DNA of 64,000 nt from Candidatus Micrarchaeota archaeon (lineage in GTDB: Archaea; Micrarchaeota; Micrarchaeia; Micrarchaeales; CABMGC01): positions 27,919-91,918 of the forward strand of contig JAJZRI010000003.1 of assembly GCA_021802765.1 (NCBI GenBank). Reading direction: 5' to 3'. Positions 1 through 9,443 of this stretch are shown here, piece after piece; position 1 is the stretch's first letter, and every line of letters starts with the position of its first letter. Position numbers and translations under genes: made by a program. The notes under the pieces are model-generated. The model had not been told where the DNA came from. It saw only the letters and a list, made by a program, of their open reading frames with translations, and made no database searches.

Positions 1-189
1 GCGCTGCTTACGGCAAGGTCCGGTTACCTTTACAGAAGGCTTTCAAATGCACTGCAGGACTACTGCGTAGACTCTGACTACAGCGTTAGGGATGCGAACA
101 ACAACCTGATCCAGACGGTCTATGGAGGGGACATGGTAAACCCGATCTTTGTGCAGTTCCAGAAGCTCGATGCTGAGGAGAAGGAGTGA
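1..189 (+). CDS. rpoA1: RNA polymerase subunit A' (Rpo1N), C-terminal fragment, partial at window edge
   Basis: Frame 1 reads [44 protein letters not shown]..., the bridge-helix end of Rpo1N; TGA at 187-189; directly upstream of A''. Not in the ORF track. Confidence 0.93.
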   Translation, partial: ALLTARSGYLYRRLSNALQDYCVDSDYSVRDANNNLIQTVYGGDMVNPIFVQFQKLDAEEKE

Positions 190-194
190 TATTT

Positions 195-1253
195 ATGGCA
201 AAAGACAAGGAAGTTTCAAAGTATCTGGTCGAATATGGCGAGCCGGTGGGCATAATAGCCGCCCAGTCGGTCGGAGAGCCTGGAACGCAGATGATCCTTA
301 GGTCATTCCACCTTGCAGGTATAGAATCAACGATATCGACTTCCGGACTGCCGAGGATCATCGAGCTAGTTGACGCTAAGAAGAAGCCATCCACGCCGAT
401 AACGTACATCTATCTCGATGAGAAGATAGGAAAGAACTTTGACAGGGCAACGGAGGTGCTAAAGAGCATAAACGAGGTAAGGATGGGAAGCATCGCAAAG
501 AGGGTTCTTGAGAACTTCACAAAGGGAAAGATAAAGGTCGTGCTCGACAAGCAGGAACTTGAATCGGAAGGCGTAACGATAAAGCATGTGGCAGGCAAGA
601 TAGACAAGGCCCTGAACCTGGACTCCGTGGTCGAAGACAACGGCATAGTAATAAGCATGCACACAAGGAACCTAAAGGAGATACGCGCGGCAACGATAAA
701 CCTGATGAAGATGCTTGTGAGCGGAGTTGACGGCGCAGGAAAAGGAACGATAAGGAGGGATGACAAGACTGGAGAGTTCTACCTGGTATCGGCAGGAAGC
801 AACATAGAAGGGATAATGCAGGTGGAGGGCGTGGACAGGACAAGGACCACGACCAATGACGTTTTCGCAATCTACAGGCTCTTTGGAATAGAGGCCGCAA
901 GGAATTCACTTGCACTTGAGCTCAAGAAGACGCTCAAGGAGCAGAAGATCTCGGTGGATGAAAGGCACCTTAACCTAATCGCAGATGCCATGACCGCAAG
1001 CGGGACCATAAAGGGAGTCGGCAGGCATGGACTAAGCGGAGAGAAGAAGTCTGTCTTTGCAAGGGCAGCGTACGAAGAGACGCTCAAGCACCTGATCCAT
1101 GCTGCTGCATTCGGCGAGGTGGATTCAATGCGCGGAGTCACCGAGAACATACTCGTAGGCAAGCAGATACCAATAGGCACTGGCGCAGTCAGGCTCGCGA
1201 TAAAGAAAGAGGATATGGCAAAGATCAAGCCGCAGACTTCAAAGAAGGACTAA
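195..1253 (+). CDS. rpoA2: RNA polymerase subunit A'' (Rpo1C)
   Basis: [19 protein letters not shown] (trigger helix/loop), [37 protein letters not shown] motifs; ATG at 195 after GGAGTGA. Confidence 0.97.
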   Translation: MAKDKEVSKYLVEYGEPVGIIAAQSVGEPGTQMILRSFHLAGIESTISTSGLPRIIELVDAKKKPSTPITYIYLDEKIGKNFDRATEVLKSINEVRMGSIAKRVLENFTKGKIKVVLDKQELESEGVTIKHVAGKIDKALNLDSVVEDNGIVISMHTRNLKEIRAATINLMKMLVSGVDGAGKGTIRRDDKTGEFYLVSAGSNIEGIMQVEGVDRTRTTTNDVFAIYRLFGIEAARNSLALELKKTLKEQKISVDERHLNLIADAMTASGTIKGVGRHGLSGEKKSVFARAAYEETLKHLIHAAAFGEVDSMRGVTENILVGKQIPIGTGAVRLAIKKEDMAKIKPQTSKKD

Positions 1254-1292
1254 TGCTTAACTTGCGCTTGTCTTGGACCTGCCTTATCGCAT

Positions 1293-2627
1293 CTAGGATT
1301 TTTGTTTTTGCATGCCAAAGTTTACCTTCTTTATGGCATCCTCAAGTATGTCCATACCCTCCTCGAGGTTCTTCTGATTGATTGTTATAGGGGGAATTAT
1401 CCTTAGCGAGGAGAACCCGGTTGGGAGCATGAGCAGGCCGTTGTTGAATGCCTCAACCGTTACATCATCACGCCCCTTAGGCGACGGATCCTTTGACTTC
1501 TTGTCCTTTACGAACTCTATTGCAATCATCATGCCCAGGCCGCGCACGTCGCCGACTATCTCGTACTTCTCCTTCATCTCTTCGAGCCTGGCCAGCATAT
1601 ACCTGCCCTTCCTTCTTGCCTGGTCCTCTATTGAGGCCTTGTTCTTCATAACGTACTTGAGCTGCGCATCCGCGGCGGCCACTGCCACAAGATTTCCGCC
1701 GAAAGTATTTGAGTGGGCGCCTTCCGGCACGTCGCCCAGTGACTTCCTTACAACCGTGATCCCCATAGGCAGGCCTGCGCCGACGGCCTTGGCCATCGTA
1801 TAGATATCGGCCTTCACGCCAAAATTGTCAAGGGCGAGGAACTTTCCGGCCCTGAAATATCCTGCCTGCACCTCGTCTGAGACGAAGAGCATTCCGTTGT
1901 CCTGTGCTATCTCCTTTATCCCAAGTATAAATTCTTTTGGAGGGACTATGTATCCGCCCTCCCCCTGCACAGGCTCTACGAACATTGCAGCGACCTCCTT
2001 GCCTGATACTTCCCTGCCAAGCGTGTACTTCTTTATGTAGTCCACGCACGCCATGCCGCATGATGGATACTCCTTGCCGAATGGGCAACGGTAGCAGTAG
2101 GCATATGGAGTGTGCACTGCTGCTGAGAACGGGCCGAAGTGCTCCCTGTGAGCGACCTTTGAAGCGGTAAGTGAGAGCGAGCCCATGGTCCTTCCGTGGA
2201 ATGCGCCGTAGAAGGCCATAACGTACTGCCTCTTTGTGAATATCTTTGCATACTTTATGGCTGCCTCGTTTGCCTCAGTACCTGAGTTTGAGAAGAAGAT
2301 CCTGCCAAATCCGTCGGGGAACATCTTGAGAACGTTCTCAGCGAATGTTACTGGCTCTTCTGCATAGTAATCGGTGAATGCGGCGTGCGACAATTTGTCC
2401 ATCTGCCTCTTTGCCGCATCGCGCGCCTGCTTTGAGGCATTGACCCCGAAGTTGTAGACGCTTATGAAGGATGAGAAGTCGATGAACTTGTTTCCAGATA
2501 CGTCATAGACGAAGTCGCCGTCCCCGTGGGATGCAACGAATGGGACGTCCCCGCGCGTCGTTGTCATTATTACCTTGCTGTCCCTTGCAATGATTCTCTT
2601 TATCTTATCAGTGTATATGAATTTCAT
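1293..2627 (-). CDS. Class III PLP-dependent aminotransferase (ornithine/4-aminobutyrate aminotransferase-like)
   Basis: NSGTEANEAA, FHGRT, EPVQGEGG, DEVQAG, TMAK (PLP lysine), HSNTFGGN motifs. Confidence 0.92.
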   Translation of the reverse strand: MKFIYTDKIKRIIARDSKVIMTTTRGDVPFVASHGDGDFVYDVSGNKFIDFSSFISVYNFGVNASKQARDAAKRQMDKLSHAAFTDYYAEEPVTFAENVLKMFPDGFGRIFFSNSGTEANEAAIKYAKIFTKRQYVMAFYGAFHGRTMGSLSLTASKVAHREHFGPFSAAVHTPYAYCYRCPFGKEYPSCGMACVDYIKKYTLGREVSGKEVAAMFVEPVQGEGGYIVPPKEFILGIKEIAQDNGMLFVSDEVQAGYFRAGKFLALDNFGVKADIYTMAKAVGAGLPMGITVVRKSLGDVPEGAHSNTFGGNLVAVAAADAQLKYVMKNKASIEDQARRKGRYMLARLEEMKEKYEIVGDVRGLGMMIAIEFVKDKKSKDPSPKGRDDVTVEAFNNGLLMLPTGFSSLRIIPPITINQKNLEEGMDILEDAIKKVNFGMQKQKS

Positions 2628-2693
2628 CCAGCTCCCGCTAAGAATTGGACGTGAAATTAATTAACACTTTCCTTAGGAAGACTAACCAGGATA

Positions 2694-2945
2694 TCAGGAC
2701 TTGAGCTTGGCCTTGTCTATCTCAAGGACCCTTGCGAGCTGGTCCTTGTCTCCTAATGACACCTTCTCTGAGAGGAACTCGAGGTGCTGTACGTTGCACT
2801 TCCTCTCCTTTGGCCTTACGGAGCTTATTATCCTTACAAAGCTGCCGTCGACCACCTTGGTTATTACTGCCCTGCTACCTGCGTCCCTTCCAAGCTTCTT
2901 TATGCAGACTCTTCCTTCTTCTATTAGTGCCATTCTATCTACCAT
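2694..2945 (-). CDS. rpl14e: 50S ribosomal protein L14e
   Basis: IEEGRVCIKKLGRDAG...RKCNVQHLE; conserved position after cmk. Confidence 0.92.
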   Translation of the reverse strand: MVDRMALIEEGRVCIKKLGRDAGSRAVITKVVDGSFVRIISSVRPKERKCNVQHLEFLSEKVSLGDKDQLARVLEIDKAKLKS

Positions 2946-3456
2946 TCTTTTTTGTCTTTATTTTAACAAGCGCGATTATGAGGTCAGCTGCCTGTGATAT
3001 GCTTACCTTGTCAGTGTTTATATCTATATCGAATACCCTCCTGTTGTCGAGGTCTATTCCATATATCTTCTTGTACCTCCTCCTGTTGGTGTTGTCCTTC
3101 TCTATGACGTACTGCCTTGCATGCCTAAGCGGCTTGCCAAGCTCCTTTATCTTCCTCTTGATACGCGTGTCGAGGCTTGCATGCAGCCAGACCTTTACCA
3201 CGGCGTCCTTTATGAGCCAGGGGCCCAGCCATGTGGTGACGACGCTGTCCTCCATCCTTGCCTCCCTTATTATCTCCTGGTCGAACGACCTCTCGAACTG
3301 CGGAGTTGCATTCTTGGAGAACTTGAGAAGCTCCCTGCCGGCCGGTATGAACTTCTTGTGCGTCATTGAGACGTGCTTTATCCTAAGCTTCTTTGCAACC
3401 GTGTCACCTATGGTGGTCTTTCCTGAACCGGTCAGACCGGATATAGCTATTATCAT
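2935..3456 (-). CDS. cmk: Cytidylate kinase, archaeal type
   Basis: IIAISGLTGSGKTT P-loop, RYKKIYGID; synteny L34e-cmk-L14e. Confidence 0.9.
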   Translation of the reverse strand: MIIAISGLTGSGKTTIGDTVAKKLRIKHVSMTHKKFIPAGRELLKFSKNATPQFERSFDQEIIREARMEDSVVTTWLGPWLIKDAVVKVWLHASLDTRIKRKIKELGKPLRHARQYVIEKDNTNRRRYKKIYGIDLDNRRVFDIDINTDKVSISQAADLIIALVKIKTKKNGR

Positions 3457-3466
3457 TCCGACAACT

Positions 3467-3787
3467 TCAGTGGGATATCATCTGCAAGACGAACTGCCTG
3501 TCCACTATGCTTATGTCGTTGAGCTTCATCTCTCCCTGTTCTATCCTGCTTGCAAGCTTTATGACCTTGCCCGTGCATGACGAGCATAGGATTCCGCCGA
3601 ACTTCCTGGAGTTGGTTGACGTGCTCTTCCCCCTAGGCTTTAGGGAGATGCCATTGAGCTCGCTCTTGCATATGGCGCAGTGCGGCATTGACGTGGCCCT
3701 GCGCTTGTAGTGAATCACGTGCCTGTTCTTTGGCGTGACACGGTCCAGCCTCCTGAAGCTTCTTGATCTATGCATTGGTTTTGGCAA
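3467..3787 (-). CDS. rpl34e: 50S ribosomal protein L34e
   Basis: MPKP..RSRS..R..RVTP, CAIC and GGILCSSC zinc ligands; TTG start. Confidence 0.92.
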   Translation of the reverse strand: MPKPMHRSRSFRRLDRVTPKNRHVIHYKRRATSMPHCAICKSELNGISLKPRGKSTSTNSRKFGGILCSSCTGKVIKLASRIEQGEMKLNDISIVDRQFVLQMISH

Positions 3788-3795
3788 ATTAACAC

Positions 3796-4254
3796 CTATT
3801 GAGCAGTATTTGCAACCGCCTGCTTCTTGGCCGTTACGCGCTCATATGCAGCAAGCAGTATGCTGCTGAGCATTCCAAGAACGAAGGATGCTGCTATGAA
3901 GAATGTTTTGTATGGAAGAGTATATGAAAGTACCGTAACCGTGAGCGCGGACGGGAAGAACATCGGAAGCAGCACGTAGAAGAGCAGGAAGAATATCGGG
4001 AGTATTATCAGTGTTGGCTTTATCTGGTGCTTCATGCTCTCAGATGCTAGCTCGGTTATCTCTTTTTGCTTTAGCTCGACTATCTCCTTGCTTACGTCCT
4101 TTTCGAAGGACCGCAGCTCCTTCATCTTTGCGTCCATCTCCTTCTTGATCTCCTTTATCCTCTTGTAGTTTGCTATCTTCCTCTGCGCGAAGACCGAGAA
4201 TGAGACGTAGAGTATTGCTATTGCTATCAGTGCTATTATTGGGTTCAAATTCAT
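3796..4254 (-). CDS. DUF106 / EMC3-TMCO1 (Oxa1 superfamily) membrane insertase-like protein
   Basis: TM helix, coiled coil, then two TM helices; conserved position between adk and L34e. Confidence 0.85.
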   Translation of the reverse strand: MNLNPIIALIAIAILYVSFSVFAQRKIANYKRIKEIKKEMDAKMKELRSFEKDVSKEIVELKQKEITELASESMKHQIKPTLIILPIFFLLFYVLLPMFFPSALTVTVLSYTLPYKTFFIAASFVLGMLSSILLAAYERVTAKKQAVANTAQ

Positions 4255-4826
4255 CCTCCGACTATCTCTTTTGTTATCCTGTGCACCTCTTCAACCGCCT
4301 TTAAGAGCGCGCCGTCCTGATTGTAGATTATGTATATCGGTATGTTTAGGTAGACTGCAAAAGTTGATATTATTGAGATATTGACGCTTCTCCACTCGTC
4401 AATCTCCGTGATCGTGTCGTAGGCCCTCTTCCTTGAATGATCGCTTAGGCTTCTTTGGAGTATCTCTTCGGAGGTTGCATCTATGTAGATTATTGCGCTT
4501 ATCCTTATCTTCTGCAGCTCGTCTATGGAGAATCCTGGCCTGTATCTCCTTCCCTGCTTTACCGACGCGTGGGTGTCTATTAGTGCGTCCTCCTTGGAGT
4601 CGATTATCTTCTGCATTATGCCGTTTCTTATCGCTATCGTTGTCTTGTCATCTATTACCCTGAGCTGGTCCCTGTCAGTCATGTTGAACTTCTCCCGGGC
4701 TATCTCCAGCATCTCAGTTCCAAGATTTATGACCTTGAGCTTATCTCCGCCAAGCTTTGGGAGCTCGGCAAGTATTGTGCTCTTTCCTGCGCCCGCTGTT
4801 CCTGTTACGAGTATTAGCTTTGTCAT
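4251..4826 (-). CDS. adkA: Adenylate kinase, archaeal type
   Basis: VTGTAGAGKST P-loop, DRDQLR, IDTHA motif; synteny. Confidence 0.9.
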   Translation of the reverse strand: MTKLILVTGTAGAGKSTILAELPKLGGDKLKVINLGTEMLEIAREKFNMTDRDQLRVIDDKTTIAIRNGIMQKIIDSKEDALIDTHASVKQGRRYRPGFSIDELQKIRISAIIYIDATSEEILQRSLSDHSRKRAYDTITEIDEWRSVNISIISTFAVYLNIPIYIIYNQDGALLKAVEEVHRITKEIVGG

Positions 4827-4958
4827 ATTAACTCCAGTGAAGAATACTATAATATATGCTAAGGTATAAAAGTGTGGCTCTTTATCGGAATTATGACGTA
4901 TAATGGCCGCATTTTACGGCCATTTTAGCCACCATTGCGATGCCGGGCTTTTTCTTTT

Positions 4959-6614
4959 TCAGTCCTCCATTCCACCCATGCCGCCTGGCATGCCTCCTCC
5001 AGGAGGTCCCTGTGGCCTGCTTCCCTTGGAGCTTATCATGTCATCTATCCTTAGGATCGAGACCGTAGCCTCAGTGGCGCTGGTTATTGCCTGTGACTTC
5101 ACCTTGAGAGGTTCTATTACTCCAAGCTTGTCCATGTCCGCCACTGTATTTGAGTATACGTCTACCCCGAAGTTCTTTCCTGAAGACGCCTTGTGCTTGC
5201 TGCGAAGCTGCACCAGTGTGTCTATAGGGTCCATTCCTGCGCTGTCTGCAAGGGCTTTTGGTATGACTTCGAGCGCGTCGGCAAATGACTGTATTGCAAG
5301 CTGCTCCCTTCCGCCTATGTCAGTGGCCATGTCCCTGAGCTTCATTGCGACTTCGACTTCGGTGCTTCCGCCTCCAGTCACATACCTGCCATCCTCCACT
5401 GCGCTTGTGAGCGCGCCTAGCACATCGGTTATGGCCCTCTCCACCTCATCTGTGGACTGCTTTGTGCCTCCCCTTATGAATATCGTTACGCTCTTTGGAT
5501 CCTTGCACTTCTCAACGAAGACCATCTGCTCTCCAGATATCTTCCTCTCCTCTACTAGGCCTGCAAATCCAAGATCTGCGTCAGTGAGGTCGTCAAGGCT
5601 TGTCACCATCCTTGCGCCGGTAGCCTTTGCAAGCTTCTCCATGTCGCTCTTCTTTACCCTCCTCACCGCAGATACGCCTGCCTTTGCGAGGTAGTGCTGG
5701 GCGACATCATCTATGCCCTTCTGTACGAATACGACGTTGGCCTTGCTCTTTGTGACCTTCTCGACCATCTGCTTGAGCATCTTCTCCTCCTGATTGAGGA
5801 ATGCTTGCATCTGCTCTGGCGAAGTTATCTCTATCTTTGCATCTGTCTCGGTCTTCTCTATCTCAAGAGCCACGTCTAGAAGCGCGATCTTCGCGTTCTT
5901 AACTGACTTTGGCATGCCTGGGTGGGCCATCTCCTTGTCAACGAGCACTCCGTTTATGAACTCGGTGTCATCTATGCTACCCCCTTCCTTCTTCTCCAGC
6001 TTTATGAAGTCCTTGTCTATCACATATCCGTTGTCTTGCTTCTCTGCAACCTGCTCTATTGCCTGTATGGCGAGCTTTACAAGGGCGCTTTTGGTGTTTG
6101 CGCTTCCGATGTTCTTTGATCCTATTGATATCTGGGCTATCTTCTCGAGCTTATCCGTGTCCTTTATGGTTATTGGATTTGATGCCGTCTTGAGGGCCTG
6201 GATTGCGCGCTCCCTCGCCATCTCGTACCCTTTTATTATCGCTGCTGGAGGGATGCCCTGGTCCAAGAGATTTCCGGCGTTCCTAAGAAGGTCTCCGGCA
6301 ACTATTACTGCAGATGTTGTTCCATCTCCAACCTCCTTGTCCTGGGTCTTTGCCACTTCAACGAGTATCTTTGCCACCGGATGCTCAACGTTCATCTCTT
6401 CAAGTATGGTTGCGCCGTCGTTTGTTATGACTATGTCTCCAAGCTCGCTGACAAGCATCTTGTCCATTCCCTTTGGGCCAAGTGTTGTTTTTACTATGCT
6501 CGCGACTGCGTATCCGACTGCAATATTGGTCCTCTGGGCCTCCTTTCCAAGAAGCCTGCTTGCTCCTTCCGGCAATACCATGTACTGATTTCCACCTAGT
6601 TGATTTTCTGCCAT
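4959..6614 (-). CDS. ths: Thermosome (group II chaperonin) subunit
   Basis: TLGPKGMDKML, TNDGATIL, GDGTT motifs and GGM-rich tail; ATG at 6614 chosen as start. Confidence 0.97.
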   Translation of the reverse strand: MAENQLGGNQYMVLPEGASRLLGKEAQRTNIAVGYAVASIVKTTLGPKGMDKMLVSELGDIVITNDGATILEEMNVEHPVAKILVEVAKTQDKEVGDGTTSAVIVAGDLLRNAGNLLDQGIPPAAIIKGYEMARERAIQALKTASNPITIKDTDKLEKIAQISIGSKNIGSANTKSALVKLAIQAIEQVAEKQDNGYVIDKDFIKLEKKEGGSIDDTEFINGVLVDKEMAHPGMPKSVKNAKIALLDVALEIEKTETDAKIEITSPEQMQAFLNQEEKMLKQMVEKVTKSKANVVFVQKGIDDVAQHYLAKAGVSAVRRVKKSDMEKLAKATGARMVTSLDDLTDADLGFAGLVEERKISGEQMVFVEKCKDPKSVTIFIRGGTKQSTDEVERAITDVLGALTSAVEDGRYVTGGGSTEVEVAMKLRDMATDIGGREQLAIQSFADALEVIPKALADSAGMDPIDTLVQLRSKHKASSGKNFGVDVYSNTVADMDKLGVIEPLKVKSQAITSATEATVSILRIDDMISSKGSRPQGPPGGGMPGGMGGMED

Positions 6615-6768
6615 ATTCTCATCCTTTTTCAATTTTACAAATAGAAATATCGTGATTAATGCTTATGATATTCAAAATCTGCACATATTATATGCCCGGT
6701 AATATTTTTATAGGTTTCTGAAGATGATTTTACGAGGACAGCTCTGAATTATGCGGCGCTGGCGGAAT

Positions 6769-8400
6769 CTACGATGCCGTCACGTTTATTGACGCTGAAG
6801 CTCCGGCCTCTCCGGTCACAACTATTGTGTACCGTTGCCCGGGCTTGAATTGCACCCCAAGCCTGCCGTTGGCAAACTGCATGGTTCCGGAATATTTAAG
6901 CGTGGCAGTCTTGCCGGCAGTTAAGTTGTATTCAGAGAACATAGACGCGGGCATGACTAGGCCATTATGCTCGCTGCCTGCCTGGATTATCCCTATTGGA
7001 ACGGGCAGGGACATGGTGCCATTGCTTTTTATGAAGAAGCTTACCGAATGGAACTCCAATAATCGCATCCTAGCATAGTTTGCTGACGCAATGTCATCAA
7101 TTATATTACCGGAGGCTAAATATCCTGACAGATTGGCGCTCATATCCCCATGGCCCATGCGCCGGATTATGTTTCCTATTGCCGCACGCGATTCGGAATC
7201 ATTGGTCAAATTTTCCATCAGGGCCTGCGCTGTGCCATTGTTTAATCTCATGCTTATAAGACCACGAACTTGACCAGAAATTCCCTCTGGTGTGAAATTG
7301 CGGTGGGTGAAATTCATGACGTCCCCAAGGACCTGATTCTGGTATAGTTGTTTGACCGCTCTTGGCATTTTTGCTGCCCCTACGACGAGTGGCATTCTGG
7401 AGGTATTTATATTTAGCTCGTATGCCGTGTTTCCATATACGGTGGCCCTAAAGAGCCTTGTGCTGTAATTCGAGTTGTCACTTACAGTTATAGACACTAT
7501 GGTTTCATTGCCCAGATCGCTTATCGATGCATTTGTTATGCTTATGTTGGCCCTTGAAGCGCGCAGTGCATTCTCGTCGCCGCCGCTTAGCTGGATAAGT
7601 CCGCCATTTGCACCAACCGGGCCCTGATTTGTGTAACGTTTGACCACGGTTGCGGCAGTAGCGGATGGGGACATGATAAATGTTGTCTGGTTTCCGCTCA
7701 CCACCGCAGATACGGTAGGGAACAGGTCAAGCAAGATATTGTATGCGCTAGTGTTTTTGGACGAGTAGAATACATTTACTGAAATGTTATTGTTTGTCAG
7801 TATGACTGGATAGTTAGTTCCGTTGACAGTTATTGTTGCATTAGATATCCTTATGCTCATCCTCTTTACAATAGAGTTAGCGGGTAGATTGAATGAGCTA
7901 AGGTTCTTGCTGAAGTTTACCAGAGATAGGAGATTGACCGTTCCAGAGGTATTTATCTGCTTCCAGAATGTGACGCTATTATTTGACAATAGAACCTTCA
8001 GCGATGAGTACGATACCAAAAGGGCCTGCGTGCCGCTAGGAACGTGTGGCGGGTCGGTTAGAAGTACGCTGACCGGTACGGAGGCGGAACTTGGTGATCC
8101 ATAGCTGCCATGGAAATAGGCTGCAAGAAGAGCCAATGCTGCTAGCACCGCAAAACCTGCCACGAATTTATTGACATTGGAGGCAAATATGGATGGGTTC
8201 TCTGAACGCCTGAAATATTTTATGTTTTTAAAGTGCTCATCAGTGAATTCCTCTATCCTGCCGGCTTCCCTGAGTTCCTTGAGGTGCTGGCTTATTGTCG
8301 ACGGAGAGAGTTTTATGATGCGGCCGATCTCTGCGGGCGTCTTGGCGCCCTCTTTGAGGATATCGAGTATCTTTCCTTTTGTTTCGAAAGTCTTGCTCAT
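6769..8400 (-). CDS. Membrane-anchored ArsR-like wHTH protein with a large extracellular domain (DUF4382-like)
   Basis: N-terminal KILDILK..KTPAEI...LSPSTISQHLKEL wHTH; one TM helix (~78-96); LLTDPP motif; many N-x-S/T sequons. Confidence 0.75.
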   Translation of the reverse strand: MSKTFETKGKILDILKEGAKTPAEIGRIIKLSPSTISQHLKELREAGRIEEFTDEHFKNIKYFRRSENPSIFASNVNKFVAGFAVLAALALLAAYFHGSYGSPSSASVPVSVLLTDPPHVPSGTQALLVSYSSLKVLLSNNSVTFWKQINTSGTVNLLSLVNFSKNLSSFNLPANSIVKRMSIRISNATITVNGTNYPVILTNNNISVNVFYSSKNTSAYNILLDLFPTVSAVVSGNQTTFIMSPSATAATVVKRYTNQGPVGANGGLIQLSGGDENALRASRANISITNASISDLGNETIVSITVSDNSNYSTRLFRATVYGNTAYELNINTSRMPLVVGAAKMPRAVKQLYQNQVLGDVMNFTHRNFTPEGISGQVRGLISMRLNNGTAQALMENLTNDSESRAAIGNIIRRMGHGDMSANLSGYLASGNIIDDIASANYARMRLLEFHSVSFFIKSNGTMSLPVPIGIIQAGSEHNGLVMPASMFSEYNLTAGKTATLKYSGTMQFANGRLGVQFKPGQRYTIVVTGEAGASASINVTAS

Positions 8401-8569
8401 GTGGGCACCGAATTTGCTATTCTGCTATGGCTGGCAAGATATTTATAGTTTGACTGGTATTTCGGTTTACTTTCGGTTTTTGAAATTGAAAAATTTGTGA
8501 TGTTTGCTGCTTTTCGGTTTCTTGGGTTTCCATATAGTTATTTATTTGTTTGATATCAATCGTTTAGGT

Positions 8570-9004
8570 ATGCGCAGCAAAACGGCATTGGCATTCGGTT
8601 CTTTTGATATACTTCACCCAGGACATATAAGTTATCTTAAGGGAGCGAGCAAGTATGGAAAATTGACTGTTGTTGTGGCGCGTGATAGCAGCATAAGAAA
8701 GCTAAAGGGCAGTGGCGCGCTTGTGGATGAGAAGTCCAGGCTCGAGATAGTTGGTTCGTTAAAGTTCGTTCACAGGGCGATTCTTGGGGATAAGATAAGG
8801 AGATGGAATGACATCTATAAAGTGGTGCTTCGGTTGCGACCTGATTTTCTGGTTTTTGGCTATGACCAGAAAGTTGACATGGAATACCTTAGGAAATTCA
8901 TTTCGCAGCATAAGCTTGGATGCAGGATAGTCAGGCTTGGCGCATATAAGTCGACAAAGTACAAGAGCTCCAAGCTAAAGAAGCTGATAAGTTCTATTCA
9001 CTAA
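8570..9004 (+). CDS. ribL: FAD synthase (archaeal RibL, cytidylyltransferase family)
   Basis: FGSFDILHPGH, VVVARD, GYDQ motifs. Confidence 0.85.
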   Translation: MRSKTALAFGSFDILHPGHISYLKGASKYGKLTVVVARDSSIRKLKGSGALVDEKSRLEIVGSLKFVHRAILGDKIRRWNDIYKVVLRLRPDFLVFGYDQKVDMEYLRKFISQHKLGCRIVRLGAYKSTKYKSSKLKKLISSIH

Positions 9005-9344
9005 AGGTCATGAAACCGGACAGATTGTCCCCCCATACGGATCTCTTTTCCATTGCCGCGCCGGACTTGGTGGGCTCAAATGTGATTATTCCGTAGCGTA
9101 CCTCGCTTACCGGCCCTATTCCCTCAACGGTCGTGGTAGTTGTGGTTAGGATTACCGGTACGGTCTTTATCTCTCCATATTTTGGGGATCCTGGCCCGTC
9201 TTTCTTGGCAATTTCAGTATTTTCACGCTCCTTGCGCATAAGTTCGGCGATTTCAAGGTTCGGAGAATCGGCTGGGCGAAGCTGCATTGAGAGAAGTAGC
9301 TTCAATGCATCCTTCTCAGATCTTGGATTCGCTAGTACTGCCAT
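8994..9344 (-). CDS. Hypothetical protein
   Basis: 116-aa ORF with GGGGA upstream, filling the gap; no family recognised. Confidence 0.5.
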   Translation of the reverse strand: MAVLANPRSEKDALKLLLSMQLRPADSPNLEIAELMRKERENTEIAKKDGPGSPKYGEIKTVPVILTTTTTTVEGIGPVSEVRYGIITFEPTKSGAAMEKRSVWGDNLSGFMTFSE

Positions 9345-9443
9345 TCCCCATCAATGAGGATATTGCGCTTTCCTGGTATAAAAACTTTTTCTGCATATTG
9401 CAGTTGCGGATGCAGTGCCATAGCAACTTGGCGCGCCGAGGCA

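Noticed and set aside
4959-5010. Short repeats at the thermosome 3' end
   Set aside because: Ordinary GGM chaperonin tail
9120-9150. Thr run in the 116-aa ORF as a repeat element
   Set aside because: Codons vary; this is low-complexity protein sequence, not a DNA repeat
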